Origin: a virus
Length of the DNA stretch: 55,105 nt
Reading direction: 5' to 3' (one strand)
UHGV virus genome: UHGV-0308106
The notes under the pieces are model-generated. The model was not told the DNA's origin, searched no databases, and worked only from the letters and a program-made list of their open reading frames with translations. This document shows, one piece after another, positions 44,304 through 54,556 of the stretch. Each line of letters begins with the position of its first letter. Position 1 is the first letter of the stretch. Position numbers and translations under genes: made by a program.

Positions 44304-46560
44304 CGCAGATACGATTAAAGACTTCCTTGTTTCGCTGGGATTCGATATCGATCAGGCTGGCGCTAATAAGTTTGAAGCCGTGCTGAAAGGCGTTACCGCA
44401 AACGTTCTGAAGGTCGGCGCGGTGGTGGAAGGCGCAGCGCTGAGCATTGTCGGATTTACCACCCAGATCGCGAATGGTCTGGATAAAATTTACTGGGCAT
44501 CCCAACGGACGGGGGCCAGCGTCCAGGGCATCAAAGCGCTGGGCTATGCCGCGTCGCAAACCGGTGCCAGCGCCGAGTCGGCCATGTCCTCCCTCGAAGG
44601 GCTGGCCGGTTTCATGCGTAGCAATCCGGGGGCGGAAGGCTTCCTGAACCGTCTTGGTGTCCAGACCCGAGATGCCAGCGGAAAGATGCGTGATACTGCG
44701 GCCATCTTTACTGGCGTTGGGCAAAAGCTCAACAACATGCCGTATTACCGCGCGAAGCAATACGCGCAGATGCTTGGCATCGATGAAAACACGCTGATGG
44801 CGATGCGGCGCGGCATGAATGGCTTTACCGCCGATTACCAGTCTATGCTGCAAAAGACTGGGTTCAACGCTGATAAGGCGGCTGTGCAGTCCAATAAATT
44901 CATGACGTCCATGCGCGGGCTTACGTCGCTGTTCGGCATTATGCGGGACAAGATCGGCTCAAACCTCGCTGGTGGTCTTGCTGGTTCGCTGGACAGCCTG
45001 CGGCGGCGCATCCTCGACAACTTCCCGAAGATTGAAGAGACGCTGACCAGAGTTATTAAAGGCGTGATCTGGCTTGCGAACGCCTTCACGCGAATGGCGT
45101 GGCGGCTCATACAGGGCGCTGGCTCTGTCATTGACTGGTGGAAGCGTCTTGACGATGGCAGTAAAAATCTGCTGAAAATATTCGGTGCTCTACTTGTCGC
45201 ATGGCGTCTGCTTAATTCTGCGTTCCTGAAATCCCCGATTGGAATTATCACCACGCTGATTCTGGCGATCGGATTACTCTATGACGATTATCAGACGTGG
45301 AAAGAAGGCGGTAAAAGCCTGATTGACTGGTCCAAGTGGGAGCCTGCAATAGAAAAGGCGAAAAAGGCAATTCTCTGGCTGCGCGATAAGCTTCTGGGGC
45401 TGAAAGATTCTGTTGGTGGATGGCAGAACTCGCTGGAAATTTTGGCTACTTTCATCGCTGGGGTATGGGTAACAAAAGTATTGGGAGCATTCGCAAAAAT
45501 ATCCGGTCTTCCGATACCTCCATGGCTTAAATTATGGGGAGCGTATGCTGGTTACCTGGTTTCAGATCGTGAAAACATAAAAGCCAGTGCTAAATCATCT
45601 TTGGACTATACCAAAAGGAACATTGGTGATGCTCTTGCTACGGTTGGCATCAAAACCGACCTTGGGCGAAAAGATGTTAGCGAGGTAAGAGAATGGCCCG
45701 CATGGATGGATTGGCTGCATGGTGGCCCAGGTAAGATTATTCGTCAGGCGCAAAGCAATGGCGTCGTTTATGGCGATAATGTTCAGCCTGACATTCCCGG
45801 GGCGGAACAGCATGTTCGTAGTAATGAAATTGCCCCGCATGAAAGAGATGAAATAAAAAACCGTCAGCAGGCTGCTAATGGTTATCTTGAAAAAATCTCA
45901 GACGGGATTGCCAAAATCGGTAATTTATTTTTCTCCCCGGCTGGAGCTGCTGAAATCTCTCCAAATATATCGGGTGACCCCTCCCAGTTTGCGCAATCAG
46001 TCAAACGTCCACAGGCCACAGCCCAGGGCAAAGTATTGCTCGACTGGATGGGGCCAATGTTCAATAAACTTGAGTCGCTTTATCAACTTCCAGCTGGTCT
46101 ATTGAAAAGTGTGGCGATAACCGAGTCAGGTGGTAACCAGTTCGCCATGTCCGGCGCGGGTGCAAAGGGGCTGTTCCAGTTCATGGATGGCACGGCGCGA
46201 GACATGGGCCTGCGTGGTAACGATGTGTTCGACCCGGAAAAGTCAGCTCAGGCAGCCGCTAAGTACCTTAGCCAGCTATTGCGGCAGAACGGCGGAGACC
46301 TTAGCAAAGCACTTGCATCATATAACTGGGGAATCGGGAACGTTCAACGTTATGGAATGGGGCTAATGCCGCAGGAAACGCGCAATTACATTCCGAAAGT
46401 AATGAGCAATATGCCCACCAGCGCCCCGGTGATTCAGCAGGAAACGAACATTAACATCCACGGCGTTTCCGATCCTCGCGAAGCTGCCCGTTTGACTGTT
46501 GACCGTCAAAAGGGTGTGAATTCACAGTTAACCCAGCAACTCCCCGCAGGACCGAGATAA
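44293..46560 (+). CDS. Tape measure protein with a C-terminal lytic transglycosylase domain
   Basis: 755 aa. ..ITESGGNQFAMSGAGAKGLFQFM..YNWGIGN. Confidence 0.9.
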   Translation: MSGNADTIKDFLVSLGFDIDQAGANKFEAVLKGVTANVLKVGAVVEGAALSIVGFTTQIANGLDKIYWASQRTGASVQGIKALGYAASQTGASAESAMSSLEGLAGFMRSNPGAEGFLNRLGVQTRDASGKMRDTAAIFTGVGQKLNNMPYYRAKQYAQMLGIDENTLMAMRRGMNGFTADYQSMLQKTGFNADKAAVQSNKFMTSMRGLTSLFGIMRDKIGSNLAGGLAGSLDSLRRRILDNFPKIEETLTRVIKGVIWLANAFTRMAWRLIQGAGSVIDWWKRLDDGSKNLLKIFGALLVAWRLLNSAFLKSPIGIITTLILAIGLLYDDYQTWKEGGKSLIDWSKWEPAIEKAKKAILWLRDKLLGLKDSVGGWQNSLEILATFIAGVWVTKVLGAFAKISGLPIPPWLKLWGAYAGYLVSDRENIKASAKSSLDYTKRNIGDALATVGIKTDLGRKDVSEVREWPAWMDWLHGGPGKIIRQAQSNGVVYGDNVQPDIPGAEQHVRSNEIAPHERDEIKNRQQAANGYLEKISDGIAKIGNLFFSPAGAAEISPNISGDPSQFAQSVKRPQATAQGKVLLDWMGPMFNKLESLYQLPAGLLKSVAITESGGNQFAMSGAGAKGLFQFMDGTARDMGLRGNDVFDPEKSAQAAAKYLSQLLRQNGGDLSKALASYNWGIGNVQRYGMGLMPQETRNYIPKVMSNMPTSAPVIQQETNINIHGVSDPREAARLTVDRQKGVNSQLTQQLPAGPR

Positions 46561-47162
46561 TGGATATTTTATCAGCGATTTTTCGCCAGCAATCACGGCG
46601 AATTGGCCTGCTGATCCCCAGCGTGGTCGTTTCCGAAAAGCATTCTGATGCGCTCGAAATTACTGAGCACCCGGTGGAGAAGCCAACAACGAATAGCGCC
46701 TCGGGTTTCATCGCCGATCATGCGTATAAGCGCCCCAGCGAAGTCACAATGGAATGCGGCTTCGCTGGGGGCGGTTCGTTGCTGGACTTCATTGATACAT
46801 CTTCAATCGGCCTCAGCGCCGGACTGAGCCCGAAAGAGACCTATCAGCAACTGCTGGATCTCCAGTCCTCCCGGGTGCCGTTCGATGTGGTGACCGGGAA
46901 GCGGGTGTACAGCAATATGCTGGTGAGAGCCATCGAGGTGACAACGGACAAAACCAGCGAGAACGTGCTGAACTGCACGCTTACCCTGCGTGAAGTGATC
47001 ATGTCGCAAACGCAGAGCGTTAGCGTTGCTGATAAATCAGATATGCAGGATGGCGTCAGCACATCGGCGGTGCAAAATTCCGGGACGAAATCCACTACAC
47101 CGCCAAACGAATCTTTGCTGAGCCAGCTGGGCGGAAGCGTTACATCAGCATTCGGGGGATGA
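46560..47162 (+). CDS. Baseplate/tail-tip structural protein
   Basis: Coupled ORF after the tape measure gene. Confidence 0.7.
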   Translation: MDILSAIFRQQSRRIGLLIPSVVVSEKHSDALEITEHPVEKPTTNSASGFIADHAYKRPSEVTMECGFAGGGSLLDFIDTSSIGLSAGLSPKETYQQLLDLQSSRVPFDVVTGKRVYSNMLVRAIEVTTDKTSENVLNCTLTLREVIMSQTQSVSVADKSDMQDGVSTSAVQNSGTKSTTPPNESLLSQLGGSVTSAFGG

Positions 47163-47163
47163 T

Positions 47164-47469
47164 ATGCAGTTTAACGAAATACCGCTTTCTCCTGACAATC
47201 AGCAGTTCCGCGTTTTGCTGGGCAATACTACGTATACGCTCAGGATCATCTGGCGCGATGCGGCTGGTTGGATTATGGACGTGATGGATAGCGGCGGTGC
47301 CGCGCTTCTCTCTGGCGTACCTCTACTGACCGGCGTGAACCTTTTACGACAATTTCCACAGCTTGGCATTGATGGTGCGCTGGTGGTGGCGACCGATAAG
47401 GGCGCACCAGACGAGCCCACCAAAACCAACCTCGGCACATACAGCCACCTCATTTTCGTGCAGGAGTAG
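47164..47469 (+). CDS. Baseplate-associated protein
   Basis: 101-aa ORF. Confidence 0.65.
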   Translation: MQFNEIPLSPDNQQFRVLLGNTTYTLRIIWRDAAGWIMDVMDSGGAALLSGVPLLTGVNLLRQFPQLGIDGALVVATDKGAPDEPTKTNLGTYSHLIFVQE

Positions 47470-47471
47470 AA

Positions 47472-48536
47472 ATGTCTCTTAACTGGATGCGCCATTTTGA
47501 GTTGCAGCTGTTGGACCAGAACGGGCAGGGTATTTCCCTGTCTGATTTTAAGGTCACGTTCCAGATCGAGTGGGCAGATACACGCTGGCCGCGCGTGGCA
47601 AACGTGAAAATTTACAACCTTTCGACCGATACCACGAACAAGATACTGGGGCAGGAGTTTGCAAAAATTCGCATCATTGCCGGGTATGACGGTATTGCGC
47701 CGGATGTTGATGCGAGCCAGGTTGGTGTCGCCCGGGAGATTTCACCAGACCAGGTAGGGCAGGTGAACGGTCAGAACTACGGCCTGATATTTGACGGTGA
47801 TATTCGCTTCACCGTCACCGGGAAGGACAACATCACCGATTCCTGGGTGCTGATTCAGGCCATCAGTAACCACGAAGCGTTCCTCTACGCGACTACCATC
47901 ACCACGCTTGCCGCTGGCTATACCGTTGCGGATCTGCACCGGGCGACGATGCAGGATTTCAACGCGTTCGGCGTGACACAGGGCATTACCGGCGATTTTC
48001 CTGATACCGTGTTTCCTCGTGGCCGCGCGATTTACTCATCCAGCCGCAACGTGATGGATAATATTGCTGCGCAGTGCAAAGCGACATGGCAACTGGTGGA
48101 TGGTCAGGTCCAGATGGTGCCGGAGGATAAATATATTCACGAAGCCATTGTGTTGAATGCCAATACTGGCCTGATCGGTATGCCGCAACAAACGATGGGC
48201 GGCGGAGTAAACGTGCGGTGCCTGATAAACCCAAACATCCGTATTAATGGTCTTATCCAGCTCGATCAGGCTTCGGTGTACCGCGCCACGCTCGGCAATA
48301 GCGAAATAGCACAGTCGCCCGGGCGTATCACCGAAACAGAAGAGAACGGCAACCGTGTGCTGACCGGCACGACGTCACAGGCTGCCAGCATTGCGACGGA
48401 TGGCGTTTATATCGTCAAAGCTATCGACTATACTGGCGACACCAGAGGTCAGGCGTGGTACATGGATTTGATGTGTTTTGCGCGTGGCGCTCGTGATCTT
48501 TATAGCCCGAAAGCAATGCAAGGGACGACGAATTAG
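47472..48536 (+). CDS. Baseplate hub protein, helper copy
   Basis: Paralog of 35316-36383. Confidence 0.8.
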   Translation: MSLNWMRHFELQLLDQNGQGISLSDFKVTFQIEWADTRWPRVANVKIYNLSTDTTNKILGQEFAKIRIIAGYDGIAPDVDASQVGVAREISPDQVGQVNGQNYGLIFDGDIRFTVTGKDNITDSWVLIQAISNHEAFLYATTITTLAAGYTVADLHRATMQDFNAFGVTQGITGDFPDTVFPRGRAIYSSSRNVMDNIAAQCKATWQLVDGQVQMVPEDKYIHEAIVLNANTGLIGMPQQTMGGGVNVRCLINPNIRINGLIQLDQASVYRATLGNSEIAQSPGRITETEENGNRVLTGTTSQAASIATDGVYIVKAIDYTGDTRGQAWYMDLMCFARGARDLYSPKAMQGTTN

Positions 48537-48548
48537 TGAGGTGGGGCC

Positions 48549-48893
48549 GTGAGACATTTACTTTGCACTGTTACCGTGTTCGCGGTGCTTATATCAGCAC
48601 CCGCTTTTGCGGATCAGCAATGTGGTGATTTTAAAATCCATTGGGCAGATGATGGCTTAGCCAGAATCAATGGCGCAAAGCCAGAAATGCAAAAAATCAC
48701 CTTCCTGAAAAACAAAGGCGATTATAACAATATCAAGATGGATTGGCGTATGGCTACCGATCAGCCTGGAAGATGGGTTGGTCTTGAGTACATCAATCGA
48801 AACGGCAAAGCCATTCTCAACGCACAGTGGTTGCAAGCCAGCATGGATTCGCCGCGTCAGTATGCAACATACGACTGCCGAAAAGTAAAATAG
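48549..48893 (+). CDS. Secreted small protein, helper copy (GTG start)
   Basis: Signal peptide ending AFA/DQ. Conserved Cys pair. GAGGTGG ribosome-binding site. Confidence 0.7.
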   Translation: MRHLLCTVTVFAVLISAPAFADQQCGDFKIHWADDGLARINGAKPEMQKITFLKNKGDYNNIKMDWRMATDQPGRWVGLEYINRNGKAILNAQWLQASMDSPRQYATYDCRKVK

Positions 48894-48911
48894 CCCGCCA
48901 GATAGGCGGGC
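48893..48911. terminator. Hairpin terminator shared by convergent genes
   Basis: GCCCGCC-agata-GGCGGGC. The tail on the minus strand is T-rich. Confidence 0.6.
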
Positions 48912-48916
48912 ATGCG

Positions 48917-49207
48917 TCAAAAATATTGAGCTTTAATTATAATAAACACAATAATTACGAACAGGATGTTTCTAATTATTTTTTGCTTATGAGTAAGTTG
49001 TTTTTTTTCTGTCGATTTCCCGGGAGAGTAAAGGTTAGTGGTATGCGACAGCCCCGTGCCGGGAAGGCCATTTGTCATCTTTACGCCTTTTTTCCCGATG
49101 TTAATGGTGGAACCTTTACCACCAATTGAAGTGCTTACTCCGCTTTTACTAATGTTGATCGCGAGTCCGGGCGCAATCCGGATTCTTTTACGAAATCTAA
49201 ATCCCAT
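48917..49207 (-). CDS. DUF4236-domain protein with a C-terminal TM helix (antisense moron)
   Basis: MGFRFRKRIRIAPGLAINISKSGVSTSIGGKG..GLPGTGLS. The tail reads ILFVIIVFIII. Confidence 0.75.
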   Translation of the reverse strand: MGFRFRKRIRIAPGLAINISKSGVSTSIGGKGSTINIGKKGVKMTNGLPGTGLSHTTNLYSPGKSTEKKQLTHKQKIIRNILFVIIVFIIIKAQYF

Positions 49208-49394
49208 TTGTTACTCCTGTAGTCAATAATGCGATGGTGCAGGTCCACTCTATGGCGGCTTCATGGCTGAAATTGATTTTCAATGCTTACTTGTTGCAAA
49301 CATATCCTAATACACCTTGTGAATGTGTGCCATTGCAGCGGAAAAGCCTTACTTCACACTGATGTAGCTTAGTTACTAAGAGATAATTGATACC

Positions 49395-49418
49395 AAACCA
49401 GCTTCGGCTGGTTTTTTT
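49395..49418 (+). terminator. Rho-independent terminator just before the spike gene
   Basis: AAACCAGC-ttcg-GCTGGTTT followed by TTTT. Confidence 0.75.
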
Positions 49419-49429
49419 ATGGGGGTTTT

Positions 49430-50170
49430 ATGCCAATTCCAACTCAATCACAGATCGGCGGTGAGCAGCAGACCGCGCAGGCCATTGCCGATTCGGTGTC
49501 GACCCAGATGCGCGTAGCGATGCCCGGCATCATTCAGTCGTTCGATCCTGAGACTGTTACCTGCACAGTAGAGGTGGCGCTACGCGGTATTGTTGGCGAT
49601 GGATCCACCGAATTAAAACCGCTGGTGGATGTGCCGGTCATCTTCCCGCGCGGCGGCGGTTGCACGCTGACCTTTCCGGTAAAAGAAGGCGACGAGTGCC
49701 TCCTGATTTTTGCTGACCGTTGCATCGATTTTTGGTGGCAGAGCGGCGGCGTTCAGGAGACCGTCGACCCGCGCCAGCATGACTTATCTGATGCGTTCGC
49801 CATCGTTGGCCCGCAGTCGCAAGCACGGAAAATCAGCGGTATCAGTACCAGCGCCGCGCAGCTGCGAACCGATGATGGTGCGGCGTTTGTAGAAGTCGCC
49901 GCAGGACATAACATCACCATTAAAACACCGGGCCAGCTTACAGCTACGGCTGAAGGTGGAACGACAATCACATCCCCGACTATCACGCTGAACGGCAACG
50001 TAACGATTAATGGCAACTTGTCTCAGGGAATGGGCGAAAGCGGCGGTACTGCGACGATGCTTGGGCCGGTGACGGTAACGAATGACGTAACAGCTTCTGG
50101 TATCAGTGTCGCCACGCATAAACATGGCGGAGTACAGACTGGCGGGGGAACTACCGGAGGGCCGCAATAA
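49430..50170 (+). CDS. Central tail spike (Gp138-N / gpV-like), helper copy
   Basis: Same N-terminal core as 36733-37395. Longer beta-helix-like C-terminus with an apex reading HKHGGVQTGG. Confidence 0.85.
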   Translation: MPIPTQSQIGGEQQTAQAIADSVSTQMRVAMPGIIQSFDPETVTCTVEVALRGIVGDGSTELKPLVDVPVIFPRGGGCTLTFPVKEGDECLLIFADRCIDFWWQSGGVQETVDPRQHDLSDAFAIVGPQSQARKISGISTSAAQLRTDDGAAFVEVAAGHNITIKTPGQLTATAEGGTTITSPTITLNGNVTINGNLSQGMGESGGTATMLGPVTVTNDVTASGISVATHKHGGVQTGGGTTGGPQ

Positions 50171-50523
50171 TGCGATACCGTCGCGAAGATACTGAAGGCG
50201 ATTACACTTTCGGCCAGGGTGACGATACTTTCCTTATCGACAGTCCGGAATGTGTCGCCCAGGCCGTAAAAACCCGTTTCGAGCTGTGGCGCGGTCAGTG
50301 GTTTCTCGATCTGACGGAAGGCACGCCGTATGTTCAGTCAGTGCTTGGGAAGCAGCGATCAGATGTCTACATCCTGGCTATACGCGAACGCATACAGGAT
50401 ACACCGGGCGTTCTGTCGATTCTTTCCTTCGATACCAATTATGACGGCACCAGCCGTCGCGTCACCTTCACTTCCTCCATTGACACAATCTACGGCCAGA
50501 CGACTGTAACAAGCGAGGCATAA
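50170..50523 (+). CDS. Baseplate wedge protein (gp25/W-like position)
   Basis: 117 aa, between the spike and the J-like gene. Confidence 0.7.
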   Translation: MRYRREDTEGDYTFGQGDDTFLIDSPECVAQAVKTRFELWRGQWFLDLTEGTPYVQSVLGKQRSDVYILAIRERIQDTPGVLSILSFDTNYDGTSRRVTFTSSIDTIYGQTTVTSEA

Positions 50524-51723
50524 ATGGCTTTGAACCTCGACACGCTGGGGCTATCGGCAACGGTAACCGCCCAGGGGATTAGTGCGCCTGATTACCAGAC
50601 AATCCTAGATACACTGACCAGCTATTTCAGGCAGATTTACGGTAGTGATGCCTACCTCGAACCAGACAGCAAAGACGGGCAGATGGTCGCGCTGGTGGCT
50701 CTTGCCGTGCATGACGCTAACAACACCGCTATCGGGATCTACAACTCTTTTTCACCGACGACAGCGCAGGCCGCAGCGCTTAGCAGCAATGTGAAAATTA
50801 ACGGGATCACGCGAAAAGTAGCGACAAACTCTACTGCTGACCTTCTGTTAACCGGTACGGCAGGCACGACTATCACGAATGGCTCCGCACGGGATAAAAA
50901 CGGCATTATCTGGAATTTTCCCGCAAGTGTAGCGATCGGCGTTGATGGTACTGTGCTGGTGACGGCCACATGTGCGAATAGCGGTTCGGTTGCGGCGCTG
51001 GCCGGGACTATTACCACTATCAACACCCCGACCCGAGGTTGGGTGTCGGTAACCAATCCAGTTGCGGCTACTGTCGGTTCACCAGCCGAAACCGACGCAG
51101 AGCTGCGCATTCGGCAGGGGCAAAGCGTCGCGCTACCATCGATCACACCGTTTGAAGGTGTCGACGGTGCTATCGCTAATGTTGCTGGCGTGACACGTCA
51201 CAAACTATATGAGAACGACACTGGGGCAACCGACAGCAACGGGCTGCCGCCACACTCTATTTCCGCCATCGTCGATGGAGGGGATGTTACCGAGATAGCC
51301 CAAACAATCCGGGGGAGTAAAGGGCAGGGAACCGCAACTTACGGTACAACTTCTGTCACCGTGCCGGATACTTACGGTAATCCTCACGTCATCAGTTTTT
51401 CGCGTTCTACCGATGTGCCAATTTTTGTAGCCATTACCCTGAAAGTTTTTACCGGGTATACATCTCAAATCGGCGAGCAGATAAAACAGGCTGTTGCCGA
51501 TTATATAAATGGCCTGGCAATTGGCGATGACGTTCTGCTGAGTCGTATTTATTCCCCGGCAAACCTTGGCGTGGTAAGCGGAGGCAGTGCTCGCTATTAC
51601 GACATTCAGGAGCTGCTCATCGGCAAATCCTCTGACTCAGTCGCAAGCGGAAATATCGATATTGCTTATGACGAATCTGCGTCATGCGTTGCGAGTCACG
51701 TCACTATCACGGTGACCTCATGA
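50524..51723 (+). CDS. Baseplate J-like protein
   Basis: 399 aa with the motif ..AETDAELRIRQ.. Confidence 0.85.
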   Translation: MALNLDTLGLSATVTAQGISAPDYQTILDTLTSYFRQIYGSDAYLEPDSKDGQMVALVALAVHDANNTAIGIYNSFSPTTAQAAALSSNVKINGITRKVATNSTADLLLTGTAGTTITNGSARDKNGIIWNFPASVAIGVDGTVLVTATCANSGSVAALAGTITTINTPTRGWVSVTNPVAATVGSPAETDAELRIRQGQSVALPSITPFEGVDGAIANVAGVTRHKLYENDTGATDSNGLPPHSISAIVDGGDVTEIAQTIRGSKGQGTATYGTTSVTVPDTYGNPHVISFSRSTDVPIFVAITLKVFTGYTSQIGEQIKQAVADYINGLAIGDDVLLSRIYSPANLGVVSGGSARYYDIQELLIGKSSDSVASGNIDIAYDESASCVASHVTITVTS

Positions 51724-52400
51724 GCAAATACACCGAACTGATCACTAACTACCATGCTACCAAGCCACTCTTTTTTGACCATATAGATCTGAGCACCCGC
51801 CCGCTGATTGATGTGTCCAGCACTATGTCAGGGCTTGTAACAGCCTTCGATATCGATACGGCGGTTGGCGTGCAACTCGATATCCTCGGCCTGTGGATTG
51901 GGCGTAGTCGTATAGTCAGCCAGCCAATTAGCGGCGTTTATTTCAGCTGGGACACTGACGGGCTCGGATATGACCAGGGCATCTGGCAAGGGCCATATGA
52001 TCCTGATTCTGGCTATACGACGCTGAGTGATGAGACGTACCGCATCATTCTGAAAGCGAAAATCGCTATCAACAACTGGGATGGTCGGAACGACTCTCTG
52101 CCTCCCATCCTTGACGCTGCTACCGCAGGCTCTGGACTGAAGATGCAGATCGTCGATAACCAGGACATGACGATATCGGTCTGGGTTTTTCCCGAGACTG
52201 ATATTTCTGATGTGTCACTCGAACTGATAGCCGCTATCAAACAGGGTTATCTCACCGTTAAAGCTGCTGGTGTATGGGCTGGCGGCGTTGAAACACCCTC
52301 AGTCGAAACACCGTCCGAAGGAACAAAATTCTTTGGATTTGACATGGATAACGAATACATCGCCGGTTTTAATGACGGCGCATGGGGGAGATTACTTTAA
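51720..52400 (+). CDS. Baseplate / fibre-attachment protein (gpI position, DUF2612-like)
   Basis: ATGA overlap with the J-like gene. Confidence 0.7.
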   Translation: MSKYTELITNYHATKPLFFDHIDLSTRPLIDVSSTMSGLVTAFDIDTAVGVQLDILGLWIGRSRIVSQPISGVYFSWDTDGLGYDQGIWQGPYDPDSGYTTLSDETYRIILKAKIAINNWDGRNDSLPPILDAATAGSGLKMQIVDNQDMTISVWVFPETDISDVSLELIAAIKQGYLTVKAAGVWAGGVETPSVETPSEGTKFFGFDMDNEYIAGFNDGAWGRLL

Positions 52401-53026
52401 TGGCTGGAACTAATGATTTTAAAGCGTTTGCGACAGATGCTAATGCAAATGTTACCTCGCAGGAGGAATGGGAGACGCTAACCGCACTGAAGAAAGGATT
52501 CTCCTCGGGTAAAGCATCCAGCGCACAGGTCAGTAAAGCGCTGCGCCAACCGTCGACGATGGCGGCTGTACTGGGGCAGTTTATCGCGAACGCCGAACTG
52601 GACGCGCTCGATGATGGTGACGTTGATGGACTGGTGGCAAAGCTGGCGACAGCGATTACCACAAACCTTGGTTTAGGAGAAGCGGCGAAAAGGGATGTGG
52701 GCACAGGAGATAATCAGATACCGGATATGGGAGCATTCGCTTCTGGTTCGGGATGGTTCAGGCTACCAGGTGGATATATTGTTCAGTTTGGCACTTTTTC
52801 AGGAAACACGACCCGCTTTATCAGTGGACACTTCCCTATACCATTCCCTAATCAGCCGATGGTTTCAGTCAGTGTTATGTCTGATGCCGTTCAGTCAGAC
52901 CCGTCGAATCCTGCCCCGCAGGTTTTGTCTGTAAATTTTGAACATATCAGTAATTCAGCGTGGCGTGTGGCAACCAGTGATATCTCACAGCAATACAGAT
53001 TCAGTTATATTTCGATAGGACGGTAG
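52400..53026 (+). CDS. Tail fibre: constant N-terminal part plus the currently expressed variable C-terminus
   Basis: MAGTNDFKAFATDANANVTSQEEW.. The recombination site lies inside the gene at 52656-52681. Confidence 0.85.
   Translation: MAGTNDFKAFATDANANVTSQEEWETLTALKKGFSSGKASSAQVSKALRQPSTMAAVLGQFIANAELDALDDGDVDGLVAKLATAITTNLGLGEAAKRDVGTGDNQIPDMGAFASGSGWFRLPGGYIVQFGTFSGNTTRFISGHFPIPFPNQPMVSVSVMSDAVQSDPSNPAPQVLSVNFEHISNSAWRVATSDISQQYRFSYISIGR
52656..52681. repeat. Left inversion crossover site (gix/cix-like)
   Basis: TTACCACAAACC-TT-GGTTTAGGAGAA. Inverted partner at 54472-54497. Confidence 0.8.
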
Positions 53027-53028
53027 AA

Positions 53029-53469
53029 ATGCAGAAATATATTTTCAGTGCCGATAAAAATGCGTTTTTCCCTGTGGAGCTTAAAATCGCTTATCAGGAA
53101 TCCGGCGAATGGCCCGATGATGGAATCGAAATTGACGACACTGTTGCCGCCGAATTTATGAAGGAAGCACCAGAAGGAAAATACAGAGGTGTCATCGACG
53201 GAATGCCAGCATGGATTGATATTCCACCGCCAACTCATGAGGAACAAATTGCCGCAGCCGAACTGGAAAAGCAGCAATTGATTAATCAGGCCAACGATTA
53301 TATGAACAGTAAACAATGGCCTGGTAAAGCGGCTATTGGTCGTCTGAAAGGTGACGAGCTGGCGCAATATAATTTGTGGCTGGATTATCTGGACGCACTG
53401 GAGCTGGTCGATACTTCCGGTGCGCCAGATATTGAATGGCCTACACCTCCGGCAGTTCAGGCCAGATGA
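53029..53469 (+). CDS. Tail fibre assembly chaperone (Tfa), expressed orientation
   Basis: 146 aa. C-terminus reads ..LWLDYLDALELVDTSGAPDIEWP. Confidence 0.85.
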   Translation: MQKYIFSADKNAFFPVELKIAYQESGEWPDDGIEIDDTVAAEFMKEAPEGKYRGVIDGMPAWIDIPPPTHEEQIAAAELEKQQLINQANDYMNSKQWPGKAAIGRLKGDELAQYNLWLDYLDALELVDTSGAPDIEWPTPPAVQAR

Positions 53470-54049
53470 CATCCGGCGCGGTGCTGGTATCTGTTGCCGT
53501 CACCGCGTCAATGTAATCCAGCACAGCGTTAAGGCGGGTTGTTTCTGCCTGCGTCAGTTTACGTCCGGCCTGCAATTTCAGTTGAATCAGACTGATGGAA
53601 GCCATAGCAGCATCAATCAGCGACTGGCGCTGTGCTTCTGCCGCGTCTACTGCGGCGCTATATTGTGCCTCGGTATCGGTCACCCATTTCTCTCCATCCC
53701 ATTTATCGTATGGCGTTAATGGGGCGATAGTGGTGGTTCCTTCCGGGTATTCTCCCAACTGTGAAATAGTCACAGGTTTGCCAGTAGCCGTGCTGTAAAC
53801 GGTTTCGCCGCGATGGTCTGCAACGTATTCCCAACCGGTCAAATCAGCCGTCCGGCAGACAGCAAAGCCGTCCTTTTTGCTGATTGGCGCATCCACGCAT
53901 GAATTGCCTGGAACGCCAACGCCAACGGGAAGATATTCTAACGATGCGGAAGTAAACTCCATCGTTTCTCCGTTGTAGTTGTAAACAGTGATAAAGCCAG
54001 CTTCCGTGGCGAACCCGTTTTCATCCAGGGTGATTTCTTTTGTGGTCAT
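53441..54049 (-). CDS. Alternative tail fibre assembly chaperone (silent orientation)
   Basis: C-terminus reads ..LNAVLDYIDAVTATDTSTAPDVIWP. Confidence 0.8.
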   Translation of the reverse strand: MTTKEITLDENGFATEAGFITVYNYNGETMEFTSASLEYLPVGVGVPGNSCVDAPISKKDGFAVCRTADLTGWEYVADHRGETVYSTATGKPVTISQLGEYPEGTTTIAPLTPYDKWDGEKWVTDTEAQYSAAVDAAEAQRQSLIDAAMASISLIQLKLQAGRKLTQAETTRLNAVLDYIDAVTATDTSTAPDVIWPELPEV

Positions 54050-54486
54050 TATACTGCCCTTACAATGTAGTTGAATGCAATGTTGCGCGGACGGGTTTCT
54101 GAACCACCTGGCGCGTTGGTCGCTATAGTTTTCAAGTTAATTCTCGCGCCAGTGGCATCAGCCCCCACGACGTATGGGCCGCCCGTTCCGTCTGGACCAG
54201 TCGCCCCCCATATTTCTTGGAAATAGTGGTCGTGGGCTTTAAACGTATCACTTTGTAACGAAAGGATTGTTCGCCCTGAATCCACACCACGCCCGTCATC
54301 CCAGCCACGAATGAATTCACCGCGTAAATCAGGCAATTTATTTGTCGGGTAAGCCTTTGCCAGTTCCGGGTATTCTTCAGCAGAAAAATCCGCACCATTG
54401 CATTTCAGCCAGCCTGTTGGCGGTGTGGCTGAAGGCCACGGAACAGGCACCCCAACAGGTAATGCTGAGCCTTCTCCCAAACCAAC
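54049..54486 (-). other. Alternative tail-fibre C-terminal segment (collar-type), promoterless until inversion
   Basis: ..GLGEGSALPVGVPVPWP..GWLKCNG..PDLRGEFIRGWDDGRG. It joins in frame at the GLGE crossover. Confidence 0.8.
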
Positions 54487-54497
54487 CTTTTTTATAA
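54472..54497. repeat. Right inversion crossover site
   Basis: TTCTCCCAAACC-AA-CCTTTTTTATAA. Its reverse complement is TTATAAAAAAGG-TT-GGTTTGGGAGAA. Confidence 0.8.
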
Positions 54498-54556
54498 CCA
54501 TCAAAAATCTGGTGATGCTTCGCCGTTTCTCCTGTTTTCATAACAGGAGAAATCCC

